Shown here piece by piece: positions 21,633 to 29,358 of a stretch of DNA of 44,903 nt; the first letter of the stretch is position 1, and every line of letters begins with the position of its first letter. The position numbers and the translations under genes were made by a program. A model generated the notes under the pieces. That model saw only the letters and a list, made by a program, of their open reading frames with translations, was not told where the DNA came from and did not search any database. Source of the stretch: a virus (Duplodnaviria; Heunggongvirae; Uroviricota; Caudoviricetes); the IMG/VR virus record IMGVR_UViG_2718217885_000015. One strand, written 5' to 3'.

Positions 21633-21832
21633 ATTGAATAAATTTCCGGTTTCTTCCACCATCGCACCGGCCAGGCGACTATGAGGGGACAACGCCGCGC
21701 TCCGTTAACGCAGTAAACCCCGGTGTGTATCGTTTTTGATTATCCCCGCACACTCGCGCAGAGGAGTCTCCCCGTAGGGCTGCGGTCTCTGTTAATGCGG
21801 AAATACGGCGACGATACAACGCATTGAAAAAA

Positions 21833-22291
21833 CTATTTCAGGCACTGAGTACGGATATATTCCTGAAGCGTTCTCAATGCTGCCTGGTCGTTGATGATTC
21901 CGTCTCTGATACCGAGAACGTTTCGTCCAGCAACTTGAGAGAGTTCGACGCTGGCATCATTGCCCACGCGGGCGGTGGCGGTGGCTTCACGCACGGAACC
22001 TGAGCAGGTGGCGTTGATCCGCAGGCGCTTACGACCAGCGGTAACATCAGCACGCAGAGTTTCATTTTCAGCTCTCGCATCGGCTAATTCCCTCGAGTAT
22101 TTTGCATCGAGCGCAGCAACATCGTGCTGGCGCTGCTGCATATCAGTAATGGTGACGTTCGCCAGCTTCAGCTCACTGACTTTTTTATCGCGCTGCGCTT
22201 TGTAAGTGATGGCGTTATCGCGGTAATGGTTTGTTGCCAGACACAGCGCACCACAGAGCACCAGCAGAATAACGGTAAACGCGGAAAGCAT
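21833..22291 (-). CDS. Rz: Spanin inner-membrane subunit Rz
   Basis: Start at MLSAFTVILLVLCGALCLATNHYRDNAITYKAQRDK, close to recalled lambda Rz; the longer ORF call to 22504 is an upstream in-frame extension. Confidence 0.85.
   Translation of the reverse strand: MLSAFTVILLVLCGALCLATNHYRDNAITYKAQRDKKVSELKLANVTITDMQQRQHDVAALDAKYSRELADARAENETLRADVTAGRKRLRINATCSGSVREATATARVGNDASVELSQVAGRNVLGIRDGIINDQAALRTLQEYIRTQCLK
21874..22080 (-). CDS. Rz1: Spanin outer-membrane lipoprotein Rz1, embedded in Rz in the +1 frame
   Basis: Lipobox LVVSAC plus a proline-rich stretch CVKPPPPPAWAM, as in lambda Rz1; probably starts at the second Met (22065). Confidence 0.75.
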   Translation of the reverse strand: MRELKMKLCVLMLPLVVSACGSTPPAQVPCVKPPPPPAWAMMPASNSLKLLDETFSVSETESSTTRQH

Positions 22292-22572
22292 TCGGTTTAT
22301 GCTCACCCCAGCATCCCCGACGAAGACAACATCATCCAGCCCAGGGAAAGAAAAAGAGCAACCAGCATCAGTGAAAATGAAATGCCGACAATTACACAGA
22401 GGATCTTCGCCAGCGTTATGAGTTTGTCTGATATCATTGGTCACCACTCCATCAATCCGTCTTTGTGATTTTTCCTTTGCCTGTATCAGCCAGGACAAAA
22501 TCAATCAGCAGATTCGCTTCGTTTATCAACGTGCGAATTTTTGATACATGTGCAGCTTTAACCGACTTCCAC

Positions 22573-23022
22573 TCACTCAGCCCGGTACCAAACAAACTGG
22601 CGATGTTTTTTATCCCGTTTCATGTCAGCGCATACCTGATTGAGTTCTTCCATCACGCTCATTCGACGGGGATTAACGACAAAACCCTTCGTCCAGTATT
22701 CATAGAGAACATCGTCGCACTCTTCCTGATACTGAATGACCCTGTCGCGGATTTCAGGTTTAACTTTGTTGGGATTGATGGTTTGTAACCAGCCCGCAAG
22801 TTTTCGAAGTGGCAGGGATACCATATTGCGTCGTTTCCCATCCTCAGCAACCATAATGATTTCCGTTATAGTTGACGCAAAACGCTGTCTTAACTTAGCC
22901 AACTGTGATTGCCAGGCTAGCCCCATCCCCGCAACAACAGGCTTCATGGGAACGTACGGCTCGCCATTATGGTTAACCACATAAAGAGAGTTGCCGTGAA
23001 ACGGCACGGTCATCATATTCAT
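22573..23022 (-). CDS. Phage antirepressor-like protein (Ant/KilA-N-like) between endolysin and Rz
   Basis: 149-aa ORF; I recall a similar antirepressor-like gene between R and Rz in some E. coli lambdoid prophages; assignment by position and weak motif resemblance only. Confidence 0.45.
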   Translation of the reverse strand: MNMMTVPFHGNSLYVVNHNGEPYVPMKPVVAGMGLAWQSQLAKLRQRFASTITEIIMVAEDGKRRNMVSLPLRKLAGWLQTINPNKVKPEIRDRVIQYQEECDDVLYEYWTKGFVVNPRRMSVMEELNQVCADMKRDKKHRQFVWYRAE

Positions 23023-23294
23023 CGGTTATTTCCTTTTAGTGATGAACCTTGTCTCACAGGAATCCGGCCCACAGAAAAGCACCGATAGCCAAACCGGTAT
23101 CCTCAAGGGTCATCCTGAAAGGTTCTGTGTTGTGAGATGCGCGTGAGATGCGCAGAAAATGACAAAGGCACCATTGCGGTGCCTCAGCGTGAAACAACAG
23201 TTTTGACTTTACTCACTTACATTTCGCCAGTTCGCAGGATTTCGCGTTATCCGCCCACGTTGGCCAACGTCATTTTTCAGCAAAAATATTCTGC

Positions 23295-23828
23295 TTATCT
23301 GTCAATTCCCCAGCACGCCAGCGCACTTTCCTGATCTCGCCGGGATACCTGACCGTAGCAATTATTTGAGCGGATACGGCAGTCTCTGCCACCGTCCTTA
23401 ATCCACCAGCGAATCGCTTCGCAGGCACCTTTTCGATCACCTGCATTAATTCGTTTATAAAACGTCGACGGGAAACACTTACCGGGGCCAATGTTATACG
23501 GACAGAATGACGCGATCCCCGCTTTCTGGGGTTCGGTCAGCGGCACTTTGATGTTTTTCTCCACCCATGCCAGCGCCTTGTCACGTTCGATGGCGTTAAC
23601 CCGGTCGCATTTTTCCTTTGACAGCTTCATGCCAGGAATAACAGGCTTACCATCCACCCGGGTGGCTCCACGGCAGATGGTCCAGATCCCCGCACCATCA
23701 CGGTATGCCGTGGTGTGGTTACCTTCCTTTTCATCCAGAAACTGGTCGAGGATTTCAGGCGCAGGCGCACCTGCGGCAATCAGCGCCAGAACGGCAGCCG
23801 ACAGACCGTATTTGATTTTGGTGTTCAT
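23295..23828 (-). CDS. R: SAR endolysin (T4-lysozyme-like, GH24) with N-terminal signal-anchor-release domain
   Basis: Hydrophobic N-terminus (LSAAVLALIAAGAPAP) followed by the catalytic motif EGNHTTAYRDGAGIWTICRGAT (E-8aa-D-5aa-T). Confidence 0.85.
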   Translation of the reverse strand: MNTKIKYGLSAAVLALIAAGAPAPEILDQFLDEKEGNHTTAYRDGAGIWTICRGATRVDGKPVIPGMKLSKEKCDRVNAIERDKALAWVEKNIKVPLTEPQKAGIASFCPYNIGPGKCFPSTFYKRINAGDRKGACEAIRWWIKDGGRDCRIRSNNCYGQVSRRDQESALACWGIDR

Positions 23829-23956
23829 GGATATTTATCAGGATTTATCGGTTCCGAATCCCTGGATATGTTAAGTCTTCAGCCCGCCAGTGGTGGGCAC
23901 TGGTGTTTTACCTGATGGCTGAAATATATCTGACAATTCCCGTCGAGGATTTAGCA

Positions 23957-24271
23957 ATGTATAACGATGAACATAAATATACCGCCTGCATGCAGGCCAT
24001 GAATGAACAATTTAAATCAGCATTCCTTAAACTCATTCAGCAAAACCACGAAGCAGTAAAATCCATTCAGGCTGAACCGTATGGACACCTCACACCACCA
24101 ACTCTCGACATTATGTCCAGAATATTAACACCAGCCATGCTTCTACGTCTGAAAGACAATATAAATGACTGGTTAAACGAAGAATTAAACTACCTTGAAT
24201 GTGAGTGGGATCATCATTACGCCAAATCACAAAAAGAACGCATCTTCCGTCGATTATCCGGCAACAGATAA
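23957..24271 (+). CDS. Hypothetical protein (plus-strand gene inside the lysis cassette)
   Basis: 104-aa ORF with a GAGGA ribosome-binding site 7 nt upstream of the ATG; convergent with the 213-aa minus-strand ORF; no recognisable domain. Confidence 0.45.
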   Translation: MYNDEHKYTACMQAMNEQFKSAFLKLIQQNHEAVKSIQAEPYGHLTPPTLDIMSRILTPAMLLRLKDNINDWLNEELNYLECEWDHHYAKSQKERIFRRLSGNR

Positions 24272-24280
24272 CGAGCCAGC

Positions 24281-24922
24281 TTATATACGTCCTTTAAGAT
24301 AAGTCAGTCCTGGATGAAACCAGTAAGCAGGCACTTTTTTAAAGGGTGGATTATCAAAATCACGAAGAAGAGCCTCCCGCACAACTGCATCCTTGTCCGC
24401 ACCACTGGCCAGCGCTTCAATCTCAGCAGCTACCTGCAGATATCCCATGCAACGACCAATGCGCTTCATTAGTCCCTGCTTTTTATTGTTCTTCAGGTAA
24501 TCAATGGCAAATTCAATGAGCGCCTCACTGTGCTGGTGCGATGCTGGTGTTACTTTTCCATCTTCACGGATCGTGATATTCCAGTCATCGCTTGTCACAA
24601 TAAAAGATGGCCGATTATCCCCCCATTCCTGGTCTTTATCCGGTGCAGACGCAATAAAATAACGTTTATTGCCTTCCTCTCCGGCACTTTTAACTGTAAT
24701 GGAGTACTTTTCTGACAATGCGGTCGGTAAAAACTTTTCCTGCAAAATCTTCGCAAAGGTCCTGCGAGCAATTTTGATGCAATCATCGTAAAACGCTGCT
24801 TCCTGCTCATCGCGGCGTTTTTTTTCATCTTCAGAAACCATCAGCACCGACAGTTTTTTATTCAGTTCAGTGATTTCATTTTCCAGGCAACTTATGCGCT
24901 GATTCATTTCTTCATGGTTCAT
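24281..24922 (-). CDS. Hypothetical protein with N-terminal coiled coil, coupled to the holin
   Basis: 213-aa ORF starting 3 nt after the holin stop, with a GGGGAGAG ribosome-binding site; sits between holin and endolysin; no recognised domain. Confidence 0.55.
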   Translation of the reverse strand: MNHEEMNQRISCLENEITELNKKLSVLMVSEDEKKRRDEQEAAFYDDCIKIARRTFAKILQEKFLPTALSEKYSITVKSAGEEGNKRYFIASAPDKDQEWGDNRPSFIVTSDDWNITIREDGKVTPASHQHSEALIEFAIDYLKNNKKQGLMKRIGRCMGYLQVAAEIEALASGADKDAVVREALLRDFDNPPFKKVPAYWFHPGLTYLKGRI

Positions 24923-24925
24923 CGT

Positions 24926-25141
24926 CTACTCTCCCCGCGCCGCCTTACGCCGGTCTTCTTTAATTTTGAAATACAGGTTCGTCAGATACGTCAGCAGACC
25001 AAACAGCAGACTCCCCAGCACGCCTATTGCCACCCACTGGGACGGAGAGACTTTGTCCAGCAGCTGCAGTAACCAGTATCCCGTCCCCACCGCTGACGTG
25101 GTGTATGACACACCTGTTGTGATTTTTTCCATCTGGTACAT
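24926..25141 (-). CDS. S: Class II holin / pinholin (phage 21 S-like) with dual-start motif
   Basis: [71 protein letters not shown] resembles recalled S21; Met1 and Met4 form the antiholin/holin dual start; pairs with the SAR endolysin. Confidence 0.85.
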   Translation of the reverse strand: MYQMEKITTGVSYTTSAVGTGYWLLQLLDKVSPSQWVAIGVLGSLLFGLLTYLTNLYFKIKEDRRKAARGE

Positions 25142-25443
25142 ACCCCGTCTCCCGTTATCCGGAAGCTGACAACAATAAAAAAGCCACCCGTTAATTACTG
25201 ATGGCTCTGATGCATAAACGTCATCATTCCTGACCGTTATGATTGACAATGGTTATCATTTTTATATAAAAATACTCCCGATATGTGTTACATATCATTT
25301 CTCCACGGGGAATATCCCCACGCCAGCGTCAGACTCGTTTTCCCGTTCTCTTCTGTGCTGGCGTTTTTTTATTATGATGTCGGTGCATTTATTTCCAGCA
25401 CCAGGCTTTCAATCTCAACACCATACGCGGAATTTTTGGGCGT

Positions 25444-25469
25444 AAAAAATCCCCTCCGGTGAGGGGATT
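25444..25469 (-). terminator. Rho-independent terminator upstream of the holin (candidate tR')
   Basis: Stem AATCCCCTC/GAGGGGATT with a 4-nt loop; the A-run on the plus strand gives a U-run on the minus strand. Confidence 0.5.
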
Positions 25470-25701
25470 TGCTTATGTAAACATTTACACTGCTTACCTG
25501 CATGGTGCCGGGTGCCTCCCGGTGAATTCAGTATCAGCACCTGAATCCGCAATTATCCCATATACCTACTTGCTGATTGCCCCTCCGCACAGGGGGATTC
25601 ACCATGCGAAATTTTTTTAACAAATGCTCAGTCTGACAGGCAACTGTCAACTGACTGAATTGTGAGACAATTAAAATTTTCGGGGCGTAACTGATACCCG
25701 G

Positions 25702-25866
25702 TTAACTACCTGGCATGTCCTTTTTCACCAAAGGAAAAAGCACCACCACAATACCGACCACCAGCACTCCATCCGCCAGCACCGACATGATCCTGCTGGT
25801 GAAATCCACCATCACCACCAGAAACAGCAGGAGTGCCACAGCGGCCAGACGCAGTTTTACCGTCAC
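25702..25866 (-). CDS. Small hydrophobic protein (54 codons) coupled to the TerB-like gene
   Basis: GTG start overlaps the TerB-like TGA stop (CTGTGACGG); translation VTVKLRLAAVALLLFLVVMVDFTSRIMSVLADGVLVVGIVVVLFPLVKKDMPGS shows two hydrophobic segments; below the ORF-track size cut-off. Confidence 0.4.
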   Translation of the reverse strand: MTVKLRLAAVALLLFLVVMVDFTSRIMSVLADGVLVVGIVVVLFPLVKKDMPGS

Positions 25867-26294
25867 AGGTGGTTCTCCAGTCGCAGGCCAAGAACACCAG
25901 CAATCTCTTCCAGAACCTTACGCTCTTCCGGCTCAATTTCACCATCTGCTTCAGCAATGGCCACCGCCACATCCAGCACATCTTCCGCTTCACGCGTATC
26001 GTGTTTCACATCTTCAATTTCACGCAACGCTGCACGACGACCAATTTTAAAATTGGTGTCAAGCTGACCTGTGATCGTGGCACTGATGGCATTAATTTCT
26101 GACGTAAATGCGGACAATGCTGGCTGGTTACGTAATACCTGTTCGATCTTCGCTTTCTCTGAAGTCTCACATTCACCATCTGCATAGGCCACCAGGTAGG
26201 CAGCATTAATAACCGCCTGTGCCAGATCGCGTTTCTCAAACTTTTTAATTTCAGTTGCTGCTCTGCGGGTTTTCTTTTTGAAAATACCAAACAT
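25863..26294 (-). CDS. TerB-like (tellurite-resistance TerB family) protein
   Basis: 143 aa; repeated acidic helices (VINAAYLVAYADGE... and VAVAIAEADGEIEPEERKVLEEIA) typical of the TerB fold. Confidence 0.65.
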   Translation of the reverse strand: MFGIFKKKTRRAATEIKKFEKRDLAQAVINAAYLVAYADGECETSEKAKIEQVLRNQPALSAFTSEINAISATITGQLDTNFKIGRRAALREIEDVKHDTREAEDVLDVAVAIAEADGEIEPEERKVLEEIAGVLGLRLENHL

Positions 26295-26467
26295 CGTGAC
26301 TTTTCCTTTTAGTGGGTGAGCCTGCGCCCGGGGGTGACCAGCCCACAGAGAAAGTCACACTGACCATCCAGTAAGCTCCCCCCTGAAAAGCTCTGTGGTT
26401 TTTGATATGCGCCGGGCGTGGCGCGGATACAAAAAAGGCCCGCAAAAGCGAGCCAGGAAAATAAGTA

Positions 26468-26544
26468 TGGCGCGTTGTACTGGATTCGAACCAGTGACCG
26501 ATTGCTTAGAAGGCAATTGCTCTGTCCGACTGAGCTAACAACGC
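26468..26544 (-). tRNA. argO: tRNA-Arg (anticodon UCU)
   Basis: Folded by hand: acceptor GCGTTGT/ACAACGC, D-arm GCTC/GAGC, anticodon stem ATTGC/GCAAT with loop CTTCTAA, T-arm ACTGG-TTCGAAT-CCAGT, encoded CCA; 77 nt. Confidence 0.85.
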
Positions 26545-26557
26545 ATGATGCAGATAA

Positions 26558-26638
26558 TGGACCGCCATCGAGGACTCGAACCCCGCACCAACAACCCTGT
26601 TATCGTGTCGTCTGCTCTTCCTGATGAGCTAATGGCGG
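26558..26638 (-). tRNA. tRNA-like sequence with canonical acceptor, D- and T-arms but a non-canonical anticodon arm (possible pseudo-tRNA; argN-like position)
   Basis: Acceptor CCGCCAT/ATGGCGG, D-arm GCTC/GAGC, T-arm CGGGG-TTCGAGT-CCTCG and CCA are present, but the 27-nt region between D- and T-arms (GACGACACGATAACAGGGTTGTTGGTG) gave no standard 5-bp stem with 7-nt loop in my manual fold. Confidence 0.5.
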
Positions 26639-26645
26639 TATGTTA

Positions 26646-26721
26646 TGGTGGCCCTTGCTGGATTTGAACCAGCGACCTGGCGATTATGAGTCGCTCGCTC
26701 TCACCACTGAGCTAAAGGGCC
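26646..26721 (-). tRNA. ileZ: tRNA with anticodon CAU (Ile2/lysidine-type or Met; ileZ-like position)
   Basis: Acceptor GGCCCTT/AAGGGCC, anticodon loop CTCATAA, T-arm GCTGG-TTCAAAT-CCAGC, CCA encoded; 76 nt. Confidence 0.85.
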
Positions 26722-26761
26722 GGGCGCAGGATAATAACGGTACGTAACTAATTCTGCAATA

Positions 26762-27820
26762 TCATCCGTTCTGACTGACTAAATCCTGAACTTCCTTGAC
26801 CGTCTGCTCAAAACGCTCAGTCTCCAGCTCAACGCCAATTGCACGACGTCCCAGCGCCATCGCTGCTTTGACCGTCGAACCCGACCCCATGAAAAAATCT
26901 GCAACCAGATCTCCCGGACGACTGCTTGCGCTGATTATCTGCTGCAACATTTCTGCCGGTTTTTCGCACGGATGTTTCCCGGGATAGTACTGCACCGGTT
27001 TATGCATCCACACATCGGTGTACGGCACCTGCACAGTCACACCGAAATACCGCCGCAAATTTTTATATTCTCTCAGCAGTTCCGTATACTGCCGGTTCAG
27101 TTCACTGTATGTGCTGACCAGCTGGTGGTGTGGCTGCTCCAGTTCACCGCGCTGATGTTTTTCTGCTGCAACACGCGCAAACAACGCCTGCAATTTGTTG
27201 TAATCAGCTTCGTTCGGTAACTGCCACTGACTGGTACCAAACCAGTGCGAAGCCATGTTTTTCTTTCCGGTGGCTTCCGCTATCTGTTTTGACGTTATTC
27301 CCAGTTCGGCACGAGCATCCCTGAAATACGATATCAGCGGTGCCATTATGTGCTGTTTGAGTTCCCTTTCTTTTGCCGCATAGCCGTCACTTTTGCCGCG
27401 ATATGGCCCCTGGTAATGTTCAGCAAACAGAACGCGCTCTGTGGCAGGAAAATATGCGCGCAGACTTTCTTTATTACACCCATTCCAACGTCCGGACGGC
27501 TTCGCCCAGATGATATGGTTAAGCACGTTGAAACGTTCACGCATCATGATCTCAATATCAGATGCCAGGCGATGCTCACAGAACAGGTAAAGACTTCCGG
27601 CAGGTTTCAACACCCGCCAGAACTGGGCCAGACAGTGGTCCAGCCACTTAAGATAATCTTCGTCCCCTTTCCACTGATTGTCCCAACCGTTGGGTTTCAC
27701 CTTGAAGTAAGGCGGATCGGTAACAATCAGGTCAATGGAATCATCAGGCAGGGACTGAATAAAATGCAGGCAATCAGCGTTGATTAAATCAATACTGTTT
27801 ATTTTTACAGTATTTTTCAT
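26762..27820 (-). CDS. DNA methyltransferase (N6-adenine/N4-cytosine class; orphan, phage-borne)
   Basis: 352 aa; catalytic DPPY motif (VTDPPYF) near the N-terminus and AdoMet-binding FxGSG (DFFMGSGST) near the C-terminus; no adjacent restriction endonuclease recognised. Confidence 0.85.
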   Translation of the reverse strand: MKNTVKINSIDLINADCLHFIQSLPDDSIDLIVTDPPYFKVKPNGWDNQWKGDEDYLKWLDHCLAQFWRVLKPAGSLYLFCEHRLASDIEIMMRERFNVLNHIIWAKPSGRWNGCNKESLRAYFPATERVLFAEHYQGPYRGKSDGYAAKERELKQHIMAPLISYFRDARAELGITSKQIAEATGKKNMASHWFGTSQWQLPNEADYNKLQALFARVAAEKHQRGELEQPHHQLVSTYSELNRQYTELLREYKNLRRYFGVTVQVPYTDVWMHKPVQYYPGKHPCEKPAEMLQQIISASSRPGDLVADFFMGSGSTVKAAMALGRRAIGVELETERFEQTVKEVQDLVSQNG

Positions 27821-27970
27821 GGATCAGTAAGCGTAACTCTGGTAGGCTCACTCTGCTTTTGCGCTAAAGCAGTGGGCCGTGGTTCGCTTGTGACCAGTAA
27901 GCATGAGCGAATGGCTGGCAGGTGCTACCAACACCCACCAGCCGCCCATTTTCACAGCAGGAAACCGCCA

Positions 27971-28258
27971 TTACTGGCAGCGTCTGAATTTATTCCCGTA
28001 CCCGCCGTTATCCTTCGCCAGACCCGCCAGAACTAACTGAGTCAGTATTAACTGGCACCGGACTTCGCTTACTCCGGTAGTTCTCGTCATCATGCGTGGC
28101 GTTACCCACTTGTCAGCAGGTAAGAAATGAAGGACTGCGGCGGCGGTTTCTGTCATATCTTGCTGTTTTAGCATGTTTTTTCCCTTCTGGTTAAGATGAC
28201 ATACCAATAACTCTTGTCTAAAAAGCCAGCAAGATAAAAAGTCAGTATTCACGACCAC
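27971..28258 (-). CDS. Hypothetical protein
   Basis: 95-aa ORF, possibly starting at the internal Met (MLKQQDMTE...); no recognised domain. Confidence 0.35.
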   Translation of the reverse strand: MVVNTDFLSCWLFRQELLVCHLNQKGKNMLKQQDMTETAAAVLHFLPADKWVTPRMMTRTTGVSEVRCQLILTQLVLAGLAKDNGGYGNKFRRCQ

Positions 28259-28283
28259 CAGCGTGTTTACTGTACTGCACCAA

Positions 28284-28306
28284 GTTTACAGGTACAAAAA
28301 AACCGC
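28284..28306 (-). terminator. Short hairpin plus U-run terminator on the minus strand (alternative tR' candidate)
   Basis: Minus strand CCGC-TGA-GCGG stem within CCCGCCGCTGAGCGG, followed by T7. Confidence 0.4.
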
Positions 28307-28350
28307 TCAGCGGCGGGTTTAAGTTGTGTGGCGAAGTAACCACTCTTAAC

Positions 28351-28379
28351 AGCATATTTGATTTTTTACGATTGTAAAC
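28351..28379 (-). promoter_or_regulatory. Candidate sigma70 promoter on the minus strand (possible late promoter PR')
   Basis: -35 TTTACA (28379-28374), 17-nt spacer, -10 TATGCT (28356-28351); lies about 40-60 nt upstream of the 28284-28306 terminator. Confidence 0.3.
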
Positions 28380-28443
28380 GGTTGATTATTCATCTCCAAT
28401 AAAAATAATTGTGTAGGTATGCCCTTAACAATGGATAAGAAAC

Positions 28444-28890
28444 ATGAATAAAATGACTGTATTATTACTTAGCGCAACTATCATTTCAGGTTGTACTTCT
28501 TCCGTACCATTGATAAAGAAAACTCAATCAGGAAAACCTGAGGGGGTTTATCAAAATACGACAAAAGATAAAGTCAAAGATGCCCTTGTGAATTACTGCA
28601 ATAGTAGAGGGTTGATAATTTACAACGCGGATAACAGCAGTGTTATATGTGGTAAAGAACTGGAAGGCGGGTCTGCTGTTTTTGGACAAATGTTAATCGG
28701 CAATGCCTATTCAACAACCCCGGTATCAAAAGTCAGATTTACTATCGCTCAAGTTAATAACGATACAAAAGTGTGGGCCGATATGTGGATGGAAACTCAA
28801 ATGGCAATGGGGCAAGTACAACAAATGGCTATAACAGACAACGCAAGCAAAAACACTATCCAACAACGTCTTGATGAATTAAAACCTTAA
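28444..28890 (+). CDS. Lipoprotein of unknown function (moron, opposite strand to the surrounding operon)
   Basis: 148 aa; signal peptide with lipobox LLSATIISG-C; AT-rich; a candidate TTGATT-17-ATAATT promoter lies upstream. Confidence 0.7.
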   Translation: MNKMTVLLLSATIISGCTSSVPLIKKTQSGKPEGVYQNTTKDKVKDALVNYCNSRGLIIYNADNSSVICGKELEGGSAVFGQMLIGNAYSTTPVSKVRFTIAQVNNDTKVWADMWMETQMAMGQVQQMAITDNASKNTIQQRLDELKP

Positions 28891-28975
28891 GTAAATTAAT
28901 TAAATAAAATGGGGAGAAATAAATCGACTCCCCACACATTAAACTGATTCAATTACCCCCTCAATAAGAGGTCTT

Positions 28976-29356
28976 CTAACGATCCATCTCTAGCTCAATT
29001 TCTAACATCATTAACATGCCATCAACTACACCTTCAGCCTTTTGCAATAAACGCCCAACCCAGCAATCAGAACGCCCATGTTTACGGGCAAGCGCCATAA
29101 ACGTCATACCACCTACATAATAATCCACTAATAAATCGTGCAAATCGCTGTTGTTCTTTTTCAGGCGAGCCATGCACCCACAAATGATCATCGCGTCATC
29201 GTCACAACATTGCGGGCGGGATTTTACTTTTGAAGGGATTAGTCCTTTAAATCCTGCAGCAATAGACGACCAGGTGACATCCTCGTGATTATTTGCCACC
29301 CATGCCCCCCAACGTTCAAGAACCATTTGAATATCACGCATCAACTTTCTCCACAA
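28976..29356 (-). CDS. Q: Late gene antiterminator Q (phage 21/82 or QuuD type)
   Basis: Resembles recalled DLP12 QuuD ([14 protein letters not shown]..., Cys cluster [16 protein letters not shown]); likely start at Met6 (29341). Confidence 0.8.
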   Translation of the reverse strand: MWRKLMRDIQMVLERWGAWVANNHEDVTWSSIAAGFKGLIPSKVKSRPQCCDDDAMIICGCMARLKKNNSDLHDLLVDYYVGGMTFMALARKHGRSDCWVGRLLQKAEGVVDGMLMMLEIELEMDR

Positions 29357-29358
29357 AA

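Noticed and set aside
22292-22504. Upstream extension of the Rz ORF to 223 aa
   Set aside because: Lambda-like Rz begins at MLSAFTVILL (22291); the extra 71 codons have no similarity and no ribosome-binding site.
25706-25993. 95-aa minus-strand ORF overlapping the TerB-like gene
   Set aside because: Alternative frame of the TerB region with Trp/Arg-rich composition; the overlapping 54-codon hydrophobic ORF in another frame is the more plausible small gene.
25500-28975. Possibility that this is a Shiga-toxin phage (stx between Q and S)
   Set aside because: The Q-to-S interval holds a lipoprotein, a methyltransferase, tRNAs and a TerB-like gene, but no ORF resembling StxA or StxB.
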